DNA of 63,028 nt, filler included, from Platydemus manokwari (GCA_037951405.1; 6 parts of 6 records of this genome joined end to end with filler, not necessarily neighbours in it), one strand, 5' to 3'. Shown: positions 33,767 through 46,466, numbered from the whole stretch's first letter. Numbers and translations: made by a program. Notes: generated by a model from the sequence alone, not told the origin.

Positions 33767-35897
33767 ATCTGTAGAACAGGCATGCAATACAAAAGAATAG
33801 AAGCTAGCTATTTAGTCATGGTGATCGTATACTAAAAGAAATGCCGTAACTTTCGGAGTTATACAAATAAATAAATATATTCATATATTGTTAATATAGA
33901 GTTTTTTATGGAAATAGCCTTGTTTCATAAAACCGTGTTAAACGAGATTATAAGTCAATTAAAAAGAGGATAACACTCTGAAAAATAATTAAAAGATTTA
34001 AAAATGCTCTACTCGATTATGCGTCATGTAATACGGATTTTTCTAGGACGGAGACCCGTACATATAATATAGAATTTTTCATCAATTATAATACTAATCA
34101 TGTTAATGAATCATAAAGCTAAATATAAATTTAAAAATAAATAAACTCACAACAACGATTATTCGATAAAAATAATACTTATGAAAATAAATAATAGATA
34201 AAATATTATAAATAATTACATCCAAAGAAAATTTGGTAAAGCTTCATATTCATGCCGAATATAAATTATACAGAATTGTCTTTGATAACAGAAATTTACA
34301 AGAGTTTTATTATGGGGTTTTGGAGTAGAATATAAGTTTTAAAGAAACCTTTGGTTGACAATGAAATTATATTGAAATTGTCTATTATTCGAAAATTAAG
34401 CTTAAGATTTTTCACCGCATAAAGTACTTTATTGACGCTACAAAATAACTGCAAGTTGTTTAAGGAAACATTTCGTTTTTTCGATCATATGTGTTTTTAT
34501 TTGATCTTGAGTTTTCAATATATCTTGTTTTATTTCATGGTGTCAGTTTATAGATTACTGCGTATATAATAACGAACAATACGAATGCAGAGAAGATATT
34601 TGAAAGTTCTGAATATGGCTGGAGTTTGTTATGTTATATCATAATTATGTTTTTATTTTGTATTATGCTGAAGAATTATAAACCTATAAACATAGCCTAT
34701 ACTTATTTATGATTGTTCGCTTTCCCCACATCTAATAAATTCAAATAACACAAGAATATCACAATCATTAAATGTCATAATTTAAATTAAATGATGGTAA
34801 AAACTATGTAGTCAAGTTTGATACAAAATAATATTCTTAAAGATGACATTCAAATTACTGTTATGATCGACTAATACTAATACAACTACTACTGAATAAA
34901 ATTGCTAAAAATATATAAACATTTTAAGCATGATAAGTAAATAGAGAAAACAATCAATGTTTGATTCGATAAAGTTACATTATACGAAGATATGATTTCA
35001 TTCAAAGCATTTATTAAACAATATAATGGAAGAAATATTATATTATCAAACAAAAGCACAAGCTGCAAAGAAAATAAGCGTTACTAAAGCTTGCGCCTAC
35101 ATCGTATATACTAAAAATTAAGCCACCGACACTCATCAAAATGCAATTTTACAAGAACAATTAATACGAACTACGTTCGAAATATATTTCATTTAATAAT
35201 TAATTACAAAATGTATTGAAAGAATTGAAATTATGTCGAATCTAATTCAAAATCCTATATAATCCATGAAAAAATCTGTCACCATCATTAGTGTGGATCT
35301 GTCTTTATTCTATTCAGTATCGAAATTAATATTTTAATAGTTGAAATCACGATCATTTGGCGTTTTTAAAATTTTCGAAATTTCGTTCAGTAATTCGTCG
35401 TTTATAAATTAAGAATTCATTTAGATTTTTACATAAAATTTTTAAGATATTTATTAACATCAAGTTTCGTTTTTTTTATTTACTTAACGAGTACCTTTTC
35501 AATTTCTAACTTCGAATCTATTTTTAATCTCAAATCACCGATTAAGCTTGTGCTTTGTAAATTATAATTCAACGGCTTGTTCTTAAAATACTTGGTTTGA
35601 TTTTCCTCAAATATTTTTAAGAGATGATTCATTTTAACATTCAAATTTAATTTATTTTTCATATTTTATATTCCAAGGATAAAATATGCCTTGGAAACAA
35701 GATAATGTTTATTTTAAAACTTAATTTTTTCCATAAAATTGCATTTTCATGGCCTCTATGTATTTGCATATAAAATATGTATTTGAAAGCGTCTTGTTTT
35801 TTATGCAAAATTTAAACTACCTGGAGATAAGAAATAAATTTCTAAAGGTAGAGTAAACAAAAAAACAGGGATATTTTTATTGGCCATGCTTGCTTAC

Positions 35898-38800
35898 TTT
35901 TCTTTGAGAATTTCAGCGGTGTTGCTTTCTGAGCTGTTTATGGGTTTTTTCAAGTAAGCGAACATTAGATATTTGAGGAATGGTCTCTTAAGATGGTTTG
36001 CTATTTCTGGATGATTTAGGACGTTTAAAATGTCTTCTACTGAAAGAATGGTTTGACATAGGGATTCTATGTATCTGTTTTCTCCCTGATAACATAGTAA
36101 CCAATATTACAAAGAAGATAATATTACTTCAGCACAAGTCGCAAGCAATTCTATTAGACTAATTAGGTATTGTACATGATCTTCGCCGACTTCTTCCTTA
36201 AGCACAGCTTCTCTGTTAAAAATATTTAAATAAAATAATTAACAGTTTTTAAGTTACCTGGTTTCCATTGGTTGTTCAAGAATGTATGCCACACTACTGT
36301 AGCTCTGCATAATATACTTCATGACAAGGGTTTGATTTCTTTTCAATGCCAATCCCATGCCTTCAACTTTTACAATACCGCAAAGAAGATCGAGAAATTC
36401 TGGAGCTCTTTGTTGATGTTCAGCAGCTAAGCTGACGATTTTATGTATTTGTCGAGGTAAAACTTTCAGGCACAAATTTTGATTGTTAACAAATACTTCT
36501 TTCAATGTGATAGCGAGTTCCGATTCGACGAGTTTGACACGCAATAACATATCGAGATTTTCAAACACCTGGTTCTGTACGTCTGGATATTGAAGTGCCA
36601 TCGCTTTTAGAAGTTGCAATGCTTTTCGTAATACTTTCTCGGTTTGGGAGTACTTTTCCTGAAATCATTTGTTAACATATAAAAGTAATCGCAAAGAAAA
36701 AGAAACTAACGGTTAACTGACTGTCGGTTTCGACAGATAGGATTTCCATTATGACACCGATAACATCTAGATAATGAAATTTAGAAAGTAATTCTAGCAT
36801 GATGTTACTGGCTTGATTATATTTATGTTAATAATAAAATGAAATTAAATGATTTAATTAATATAAATGCTCAAGTTATTAATTATTATTATTATCATTA
36901 ATTATTATATTTTAAGACAAGTACTATCGCTGTCAAGAATCCGCTGATTCATCGGGTGAGGCTCTTCTGGAGCTTTTGGCAGATGGCAGAATCTATGACG
37001 GCAAGATAAATTGTCTGCTTATAATTGTAGAATAATTTACTCAATTAATTCCGAAAATATGTTTTCCATTCGACTCACTTGTTCATCTGACCATTTAGAT
37101 TTTGCCATCATTCGTAGTAAAGGTACTTGCTTTGCAACTTCCCGATGTACACAGCATGAATCCGTTGTCATCAATACTAACGATTCAGTGGCTGCTTGGA
37201 ACGTGTCCTGCCTTCCAGAATAGAGAAGATTCAAAACTTCTAACGATAGTTGATTCATTTTAGCATATTTATAATGAGCCAAATTCTGAATTCAAAATTT
37301 TGGTTCAAAATTTTAAATACAGCTCTCTTAAAAAATAGAAAATTTTCAATAAAAATAAAGTATTAAAAATAAAGTGTTAAACCTTATTTTGGGGTATTTG
37401 TAGAAATGAAATTAATTAAATGTGGTCATTTTCATATTTAAATTAAAAATGAAGGCAAATCAGATGGAAATAAATTTTAAATTTAATATTTAAAAACTTG
37501 TTTCAAAATTTATGTATTAAAAATGAAGAAAATTTGGCAACTAATAATTGTGATTTTAATTTAGCATCTAATATGGTAATATAGGTATATTAAATGCTAG
37601 TATTATAATTTGTTCTTAATAAGAAATTCTACTTTCTCCAAAATAATCTAAGCTAATCTTTAAAATACCTACTTAAAATGAAATATCAAATAACAGCTCA
37701 GCCGCTTACTTACATCCAATAGATAATTAATTTAACCAATCTTACTATTAAAATATTTGTCATTTGATCAATCTTCACATGAGTTGTGTTTTCAAACATT
37801 TCCTTGAGTTCTTTAATCATTAATTTCTGTTTACGTAATGAAGTTCTAAATAAATCATTTGAAATAACAGATGCGTTGAAAAAGTGTTTTTACGGCTTTT
37901 TTTCGTATGGCTGAAATCCCTCATATAAAGCAGGTGCTAAATAGCTTGGGTTTTTCTTCTTTATCAATCCTTCATTCCTTTCACATTCTTTGAATTTTGC
38001 CATGAATCCCTAATGGTTTTTAATAATTATTCATTTATTTTAAATTAAGAAAATATCATTCCAACCGCCAATCTAGCATTAGATTCAAAATTTAAAATCA
38101 TCTGAAGAACTTCCAGAGCAGCATATTTAGCATTGACGATAGCACTTGTTTCCTTCGATTGTAAATATCTGTCGCCTTGTTGATATTTTTGGACAATTTT
38201 CTTCTTTTCTTTGGATAATTCTAAAATTAAGAAATTTAAATAATGATCATTTTTAAAAATAATTATACCTATTATTGTAAAATGATATTTACTATTATTA
38301 TTATTATTACTATTACTATAATAATAATTATTATTATTATTTCGCCATTTAATTAATTTTAGATTAAGGATTCTATCGATGAGATTCAAAATAATGATTA
38401 ATTAAATTTAGCAATACTTCTCTTTAAATGATCTTAAGAGCAATCTTTTAATATAATAAGAAACATCTCATTTTAAAAATAAATCGAAAAAGAAGTACCT
38501 TTCCCTTGTCTCTCTGGAGGAAACGGTAAGTCTCTGCTACCATCTATCAGTCCAATAAGCTTGTCTAACAAATTTCTAACATCATCAACATCACCATAGT
38601 AGCCGAACTTTACGAGAAAATTCAGCAATCTCAGAACTTGCTCGATGAGCATATTGTGTTCAATTTTCGAAGCAATCATGAAGGTATTTTCATCTAAGAA
38701 AGCTCCAATCCAATCCCGTAAGGCCGGAAAAATGGTAACCAAATCCTTGGCAGCCTGAGAAAAATTGTTATGATATTTTAAAAACTCTAAATGATGTGAT

Positions 38801-41800
38801 AAAAATAAATGATGTTTTAAAGTATGAGTGAATCCATTTAGATAATATTTTGCGTTAGAAATTGTTGATTTATTTGTTTCATTATATGATCATTTGTCAT
38901 TTTATTTACAATTTCACAGTCAGATTATAGTATAATTAAAATAACGAATATATAAATTAAACCTGTTCTTCTATTTCCTCTATTTATTTGATACTAGAAT
39001 TATTTTTATTTATACTATCATTTGAATATATATATTTGTCAATATTGAATTCATCATACTGTGATTTTCTTGAAGGTGGGTTGAAGGACACGTCTCTCAA
39101 TTCCATTTCATTTTGCTTTATAACTTCACATAAGTTGCCCTTTCTATGAAGTTATAAAGCAAAAGGAAGTGGAATTAAGAGAGAGGAACAGTTCAATTAA
39201 CAGACTATCATAAACGTTAAAAAACTACTCATGCAAGCTGTATTTACTTTTGAAAAACTGTATTGAAAGTAAATATAACTACTAAACACTAAACGTAAAA
39301 GAACACACTCATTAGATTAAGTGTGTCAATCTGTCAGCAAAATCTGCCATCATTTTATTTTATTTTTTGCTTGATTCAAAGCTAAAATTGATTAATATAG
39401 ACGAAATAAATTATTATTGCTTTAATATCAATTATAATTTACAGCACTATTTGTTACCATGGAGATTTTATTCGATGTTAGTATTGTTAATTTCCTTTTA
39501 ATGTTTTCTTTGTTTTTGTACTTCAAAATAAACTTTATCTTTGATAATATATTAAAATAAAAATTGTTATCCATTATTAAAGTAACAATAACTCGCTGCA
39601 ATGTTGAATGTCATAATTAATTCTTAGGGCTAACTAAATTGTATATCTGAATAAAAAATAATGTCTTTCATGGGGACATTTTAAAAAATATTAGTTTGGT
39701 GATGCATTGGATCCTTTATTTATATTTTGAAGAAAAAATTCTTTTACAAATTGATAAATCAATACGAACTTCTGTCGTAAAGTCATTTTCAATACATTTA
39801 TTTTCATTTATAAAGAACCTTACGTGATGAAAAATATTTAAAAATTTTATATAATTGAAAAGGGAGTATTATTAATAAAATTTTCAAATATTTTCATATA
39901 TTAATAGATCACAAAATAATGACTCACATATTGATCAGATGTCGTAGTTTTATTTTGATCTTTAGTACCAACATATTCGTAAACAAAGCTTCTTTCAGGG
40001 TGATCAACAACGGAATAGTTATTACCAACATCGACGAAAAGACCTGAAATTACAAGGTGTAAATAAATAGCCATTTTATTTCTTTAACCTATAATCATTT
40101 CGCAGTATTTAGCCCTAACGTCATCGGGGAGAATTTCCGATTGAAGAGATAGAAATCCTTCTTCCCATGAAAGATAGCTTAAATCTTTAGTAATCAGTCT
40201 GATACAATATTCATTTCGACCCTGTTTATTTGATACAGATTTCCATAGTATAATTTGTCAAAGAAAACTTACATAGCAAATAGCGTTGAATAAATCTAGC
40301 TGGGCCAATAGAAATTGAACTTTTTCTTCATCGTAACCTGGATAATCAACCTGAATAATAATATAATTCAGTAGTATTAATACTTAATTAACTTAAGGAT
40401 TACTTGGAGAAACTTATGTAATGCCGTCCATGATTTCATGCAATCAGTACTAACGTATAAAATATTAGGTTGTTCATGAATATTTTGTCCTCTTTCAGTT
40501 AGATATACTCCTCTCTAGAAATTATAGATTTAACAAATAGCTTCATTAATTTTTACGATTAAATATATTTGAATAATATTTACCCTATCTTCTAATAGCC
40601 ATCGTTGAGCTATATAAGTTTGATTATCAACTATTCCAACTCCATTACAAACACAAAGAACTTTTAATAGCTCCAAATATCGGTAATTCTGAATTTGTGA
40701 TCAATAAATCTATCACTCAATTTATATTAATATTAACTTCATTTGTTCTTAGGGCTTCTACAAATTGGTTGATTTGAACTTTACTAATTCTGTCTACAAT
40801 TTTACGATTGTCTCTAATCAGTTCAACAATTAGTTGAACTACTTTGAGACTTATTTCAGACTTAAGTGAAAATATATAATGACTAATTAATATATAACCA
40901 GTTTACCTTGTCCAACATTTGTGATTCAAATAACTCAATGTATTTTGCAAAATATAATGCATTTTTTCTACTAGACCCAATCATGTATGTATACAATATA
41001 TCATAGCACTCCAAATGAACTTTGAGAAAATTTGCTTCATCTGGTTGACCACACAAAGGCATGTTTAATAATTTTACCAAAAGATCAATTACCTAAATTA
41101 TTTATTATAAATGAGTACATTTTAAATTAACTTACGCGTAAATTTCTTAAGAGCTTTTGTCTAGCTTTAACGGATTTTCCATTTACCATCATAAAATCTT
41201 TTATTTCTCTGAAAGCCATACAAACCCGATATGCTTCTTTAGCATGTAAAAATTTTTCTTTCAATCTCTATTTATAAAAAATATTTTTTAATTTAAAAAA
41301 TAATTAATAATTTAATTTAATATATTAAATTAAAATTTGAATTTAAAATTAATAAGTGGGATTTAATTACAATAAATATTTGATTTAATCTAAACTTCAA
41401 TTTCAACTTTTATTTTCATATGTGTTATTATATAATACTGTATATGCCAAATTAATAATTTTTCAAGGTCACTTTAAGAAATTTTGTTTGTTTAAATACT
41501 TGTTTACACTAAACACTTTTATTTTGAAAATTTATTCCACGAAGGATGCTGATTTACAAAGACATAATATCAGGTATAAATTTATTTATCATATACTTCT
41601 TAAATAATGATTTTAGGTGATGAAATAAGCAGTGATTCATATCCAATGAAGCTTGTAGATGATATTGTGTATGAATTTGAAGGAAAAAATATCACTATCA
41701 GAAATGGAATTCCTGATGAAGCTATCGGTGGTAATAAATCGGCGGATGCCTTTGACGAAGAAGTATGTGACGGTACTGAAACACAAATCGATATTGTGTA

Positions 41801-42504
41801 TGCTAATAGATTGGTTGAAACTGCTTATACCAAGAAAGAATTTACAACCTACATCAAAGTTGATTAATTTCATTATTAATTATACTTAATTGTGGATTAG
41901 GATTACATGAAAAGGATTTTAGAAGTTCTTAAAACTAAAAATGCTGATCGAGTGGAAGTATTTAAAACTAAGGCTCAAAAATATGTGGCCGAAGTTTTAA
42001 AAAATTTCAAGGAATATAAATTTTATACAGGCGAAACAATGAATCCCGAAGCGATGGTAATTTTATGTAATTATAGGGAGGATCAAATCACTCCTTATTT
42101 CATCGTTTTTAAAGATGGAGTGGAAGAAGAAAAATGCGTAAGTTTAATGATGAATAATTCTAATTTTAGTAACTTGCTTTTGCATTTTAGTAGGCGCACT
42201 CGCCATTGGAATGTTATATTAATAAAGAATTGATGACTCACATCTTCTAATAAATTTCTTATAAACGGTACAATGCCAGCGATAAAGTTAAATGGTCGAT
42301 AATATTCTCCATAAACTTTTTGAATTGTATAAGCATCGTCGTATCTTCTGTCATGGACACAGTCGACCTATTTAAACATTAAGACAACTATGCTTTCATT
42401 TGTAGAATATAAAACCTTTCTGAGTTCACCACCGTCCCATCGTATAGCATGCATTGATCTTTCATCCTCAGTGGTGCTGAATTGTTGTCTTTTATATTCT
42501 TTGT
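35898..42504 (-). CDS. Divergent inositol 1,4,5-trisphosphate receptor-like channel, internal portion covering both RIH domains; exons in transcript order 42416-42504, 42242-42367, 41136-41267, 40907-41092, 40738-40860, 40584-40688, 40404-40514, 40273-40350, 40089-40221, 39928-40043, 38499-38754, 38066-38220, 37894-38009, 37746-37845, 37041-37285, 36925-36992, 36711-36766, 36258-36658, 36128-36212, 35898-36085
   Basis: All listed exons join in frame at GT-AG junctions. IP3R-like motifs: KARQKLLRNLRVIDLL, SRKNALYFAK, ELIRDNRKIVDRI, RYLELLKVLCVCNGVGIVDNQ, QLDLFNAICYGRN, VRAKYCEMIIGLFVD, LVKFGYY, EVFVNNQNLCLKV, FLDLLCGIVKVEG...KRNQTLVM, YLISLIELLATCAEGENRYIESLCQTIL. The N-terminal and pore exons are not in this contig. 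Confidence 0.9.
39093..39182. other. Intronic inverted repeat / long stem-loop (36-bp arms, 18-nt spacer)
   Basis: The arm at 39093-39128 (TCTCTCAATTCCATTTCATTTTGCTTTATAACTTCA) matches the reverse complement of 39147-39182 (TCTCTTAATTCCACTTCCTTTTGCTTTATAACTTCA) at 33 of 36 positions. Confidence 0.85.
41546..42193 (+). CDS. TPT1: Translationally controlled tumour protein (TCTP), complete, 169 aa; exons 41546-41573, 41617-41858, 41901-42137, 42191-42193 (stop codon only)
   Basis: MLIYKDIISG / DEISSDSYPMKLVDDIVYEFEGK...IGGNKSA...DIVYANRLVET..TKKEFTTYIK / DYMKRI...YKFYTGETMNPEAMVILCNYREDQITPYFIVFKDGVEEEKC / TAG. Both TCTP signature regions are present. Introns are 43, 42 and 53 nt, all GT-AG. 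Confidence 0.97.
42221..42226 (+). promoter_or_regulatory. Probable TCTP polyadenylation signal AATAAA (second AATAAA at 42249-42254)
   Basis: Canonical hexamer beginning 28 nt after the TCTP stop codon. Confidence 0.6.
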
Positions 42505-44929
42505 CTATAAAAACCTCGAGATTAAGTAAACGATCCTTTATTGAAATTTTAGTACTTTAAATAATAGAATTATTGGTTATCATTAGAATTAAAGTTAATC
42601 ATGTGATGATTGTTAAAAATTTGTAACTATTTTACCGATATAATGTATTTGACATTATAAAGTTATACATTTGAATAAAATTTAGATATTTATTAACATA
42701 AGTTGTTTGTTTAATTCAAATGATTAATAAACCGTCGAACATGATTCATTACGAAATGTCTACAATTGAAGTTACAGAGTAAAAACTTTATCAATAATCA
42801 TTTGGATATTGTTTTTTAAATCAAAACAGAAGTCAATCAATTTATTTGTATAATCAAAACTTGTTTTGGCTTATTTTCTCCATTTAAATCCAGTTGATGT
42901 ATTGATTCTAGTGCATATCGTGTTTCAAATTTTAAACACCAGGGTTGAAGTACAATCGATAATAATTTGTTCATGAATATCATACAACCGCTATAATTGA
43001 CATAAATAATCAAAATACCGTTCGAAAAATAAAATTAGAAATCAGTTTCAACCGAACTTCGCAAATATTTATCCATTCCAACAATTGAAATTAATATATC
43101 AAAGATAATTTTGTTGAGCAATCAAAATCAATTGGTGGTTTTTTAATCAATAATTGAATTGATCAGTTTTATATTTTATTATGTTTTTAAAATTTATAAA
43201 CTTGGCATTTTATATAATCTTTTCTATGATACTAACTCAAATTTTCAATAAAAAGTAGAAATTATTGGAATTGAGTGAATAAACGGAAAGAAATTCAAAT
43301 ACTTCTTGTTATCGGGAAAATTATAAATTAAAAAAAATTGTTAACGCAAAAGACCAAAATTTTCTCAGAGATTATCTATATTACAACTTTTATCTTCCCT
43401 GAATTATCTGAAATGACTATATATGGAAATCAATCAGGAAATTGAATATATTTTCTGCGATTTATTTTGAAATTTGATAACTTTTTCTAACGAAAATTTT
43501 GAAAATATTCTTTTATGAAAATTATAATATTTTCCGTTTCTTAAAATGAAAGTTAATTATATTTAACTAATTTTATGAAAATGTAAAATTACAACTAAAA
43601 TTGATAATTTTTTTATATTTTAAAAGATTAATTAATTCCAATTATTATTTCTATTTTAAGATTCAATTTTGTATTATAAGCACTTTCTCCGTTGAAGTTG
43701 GCTAAAGTTAAAATTTGTGATTTCTGGATTAATTGGCAACAAAATAATCCATTTACAACTGTAGATCGCTTCTATAAGCTATAAAATTTTGCTAATAAAT
43801 AAATGTTGACAGATTTTTTAAGAAATATTTTTAAAATCTAGCTTGAAGTTTGTATCCTTGATACATAATTTTAATAAACTAATTATAAACAATTTAGTTA
43901 GTAAATATTATGTTTTCAACAAAATAAAAAATTTAAGTAATCGCTAGAATTTTCTTTCTTAAATTCTTTCTTGTTTAGATTCTAAATTGATAAATTAAAC
44001 TTCTTTGATAATAAAATATGAAATAATTATGAAAGAAATAAAATGAAAGTTGTTTGAAATAAAGAAAATTTTAAATTATTTCAGTCAGTCATTTTTATAA
44101 ATAAGACAAACAAACAAATTTCATGTTCGAATTAGAAATTATGTTCAAAATTAAAATTTCTAAAAGATCTTCATTGTTGTAATATGATATCTGCTAAGTG
44201 AAATTTATTTCAATTTCAAATGATTTGATTGTTGCGAATGAAATAGCATAAAATTTCATTAATATATTTAGATAAACTTTGCAAAAAATACTCAACAATT
44301 CTTCATCTAATCGCTTTAAACAATCGTTAATTGAAAAAAAATGATATTGAATTCAAATTTCAGTTGTCAAAATTGTCTCTAAGTTATCAGTAACTATCTT
44401 CTAATAATGTCAGAATTTATGGGATGACTTGAATTCCCCAATTGACGATAAAATCACTATATTTAGATTATTTTAATTAATACTGTTCACACAACTGATT
44501 AATATTTTAATTATTATTTTCAGACCAATTATCTTTTCAGAAATTGTATTTCAATTATAGAAAGTCAAATTTATAATAATATTTCCTTATGAGTATAATT
44601 TCCAATTCTTTGCTTTCAGCAATGTTTGAACTCTTCATTTCATATTGTTTCATTCTGGTTTCAGCAATTTATGAAATGATTCTGGGAAACTCTAAATATA
44701 AAACTTTTAATTTCCAAATGGAGTAAATTGTTTGTTTGTGGTTTTATCAAGAATGGAAATTTTAATCTCCATAATATAATCGAAGTATCATAAAACGTAT
44801 GTAATAGGTTACTTCAACTCGGAATTGTGATATCACATAAATTTTTGAACTCTACTTTCATATATAAAAGGAAATAACAAGCTTTGTATTATTGTGCGTG
44901 GCTATCTATGTGACTAATTAATGCACATT

Positions 44930-45095
44930 ATAAAAATAATTAATAATTATTATTTAATATTATTATTTATTATTATTAATATTAATATCATTATTATTTA
45001 TTATTATTTATATTATTATTATTTATTATTATTATTATTATTTATTATTATTATTATTATTTATTATTATTATCATTTTTTATTATAATAATCAT
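44930..45095. repeat. Degenerate (ATT)n low-complexity tract
   Basis: Seen directly at the contig end. Confidence 0.9.
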
Positions 45096-45195
45096 NNNNN
45101 NNNNNNNNNNNNNNNNNNNNNNNNNNNNNNNNNNNNNNNTTAATTAATTAANNNNNNNNNNNNNNNNNNNNNNNNNNNNNNNNNNNNNNNNNNNN
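45096..45195. other. Artificial contig-joining spacer
   Basis: 44 N + TTAATTAATTAA + 44 N. Confidence 0.97.
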
Positions 45196-45538
45196 TATAA
45201 TTAAAATTATTATCATTTTTATTATTGTCATTATTATTATCATTATTATTATTATTATTTATTATTATAATCATTATTATTATAAGCATTAATAAGTTTA
45301 TAAAATAGGAATAAATAAGAGTGAATATAATTAAGTGATTATCACATAAAATTTATCTCGCACATCACAGATCTATTTATTATATAATTAATTAATTGAT
45401 GAAAAAATTTAAATAATAAATTTCTTTTTCAATTTTTGTTTGTTATTTATCATATGGCGGAATTATTTCAATACAACATAAATATTATTTATCTCTATAA
45501 ATGATCTCGACTTTTATTCATTGAATTTTTTTATCAAG

Positions 45539-45771
45539 AAGTCGCACGAACAAGATTAAGAGAAGAAGGATCGAAATACACTGGTTTTTTCCAAACTATT
45601 CGACTTGTATTGAAAGAGGAAGGCATATTTGGACTGTATAGAGGTTTATTCACTCATTACCTACGTCAAGTACCCAATACATGTATAGTTATGGGAGTTT
45701 ATGAAGGTATCGTTTTATTGTTTGACAAATGGGGCCTTAGAGATTGTCACGAAGATAATGATAACTGCTGA
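45539..45771 (+). CDS. SLC25A36: Mitochondrial pyrimidine-nucleotide carrier (SLC25A33/SLC25A36/Rim2-like), last coding exon
   Basis: After the AG acceptor: (E)[76 protein letters not shown]. This is the third carrier repeat, closely matching the SLC25A33/36 pattern [14 protein letters not shown]...LYRGL..HLxRQIPNT. The ORF track missed it because it has no early ATG. Confidence 0.9.
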
Positions 45772-46249
45772 TGCAATGTGAGCTCATTTATTTACTAAGA
45801 TATTATCTGTGTTTCTGTGATTTGTGCCTTCACCTATTTCAATATGTGTGTATATATATTTATATATGAATATAGAAGTGATTTGGAATTTATCATTAAT
45901 GTGCCACAATTCATTTGTCTACTGACCTGATCTATCTTTGATTTTAAATGCTGTTTGTGAATTTAGATGTCATCGTATATATTGTCCGATAATTTCCCCA
46001 ACGTGGCAATATTGCGTTTGTAAATATATATAGATTTTTAATTTCATATTTGACAATAAAGATGATGTGTTTTTATTATTTGTTTTCTTATTTTTTTTAT
46101 CATATAATGCATAGCATTTCAAATAATGACGATTTTCAATCGAATCATTCAATCTAATTTTTATTAACTACTAATATATTTAATTAATTATGTTGTAATC
46201 ACATTTCGCGTGAATTTTTGTTGGAATTTAAAAAATATTTCATTTTTAA

Positions 46250-46466
46250 ATTAATTTGATCATCTTCAATGTTATCCCCACTCGATACCTAACACTCAAG
46301 TAATTGTTAAAGTCCATTTCCGAGATGGCATTCAATATCTTTATTGATTTGGTTTTTATGTCCTCTATCGAGTGAAAACGCTCCGAGCGGCTATTTGAGT
46401 TTATTGAATACCCAGAAGTCACATGGCATTATGTCATGTGAGAATGGTGGTTATGAAATGATATGC
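46250..46466 (-). mobile_element. Mariner transposase C-terminal remnant
   Basis: PPFSHDIMPCDFWVFNKLK*PL / RFHSIEDIK...ILNAISEMDF / C*VSSGDNIEDD, a decayed PPYSPDLAPCDFWLF...GDYFE. Confidence 0.8.

Noticed and set aside
41637-41889. Alternative-frame and antisense ORFs 41637-41873 (-) and 41659-41889 (+)
   Set aside because: Shadow frames of TCTP exon 2 with no recognisable motifs.
42138-42190. Box C motif (ATGATGA) in TCTP intron 3 as a snoRNA
   Set aside because: The intron is only 53 nt and has no box D (CTGA).
32616-45771. Tomosyn - IP3R-like - TCTP - mitochondrial carrier as a Ca2+/secretion gene cluster
   Set aside because: These genes are separated by artificial spacers. Only TCTP and the IP3R-like gene share a contig.
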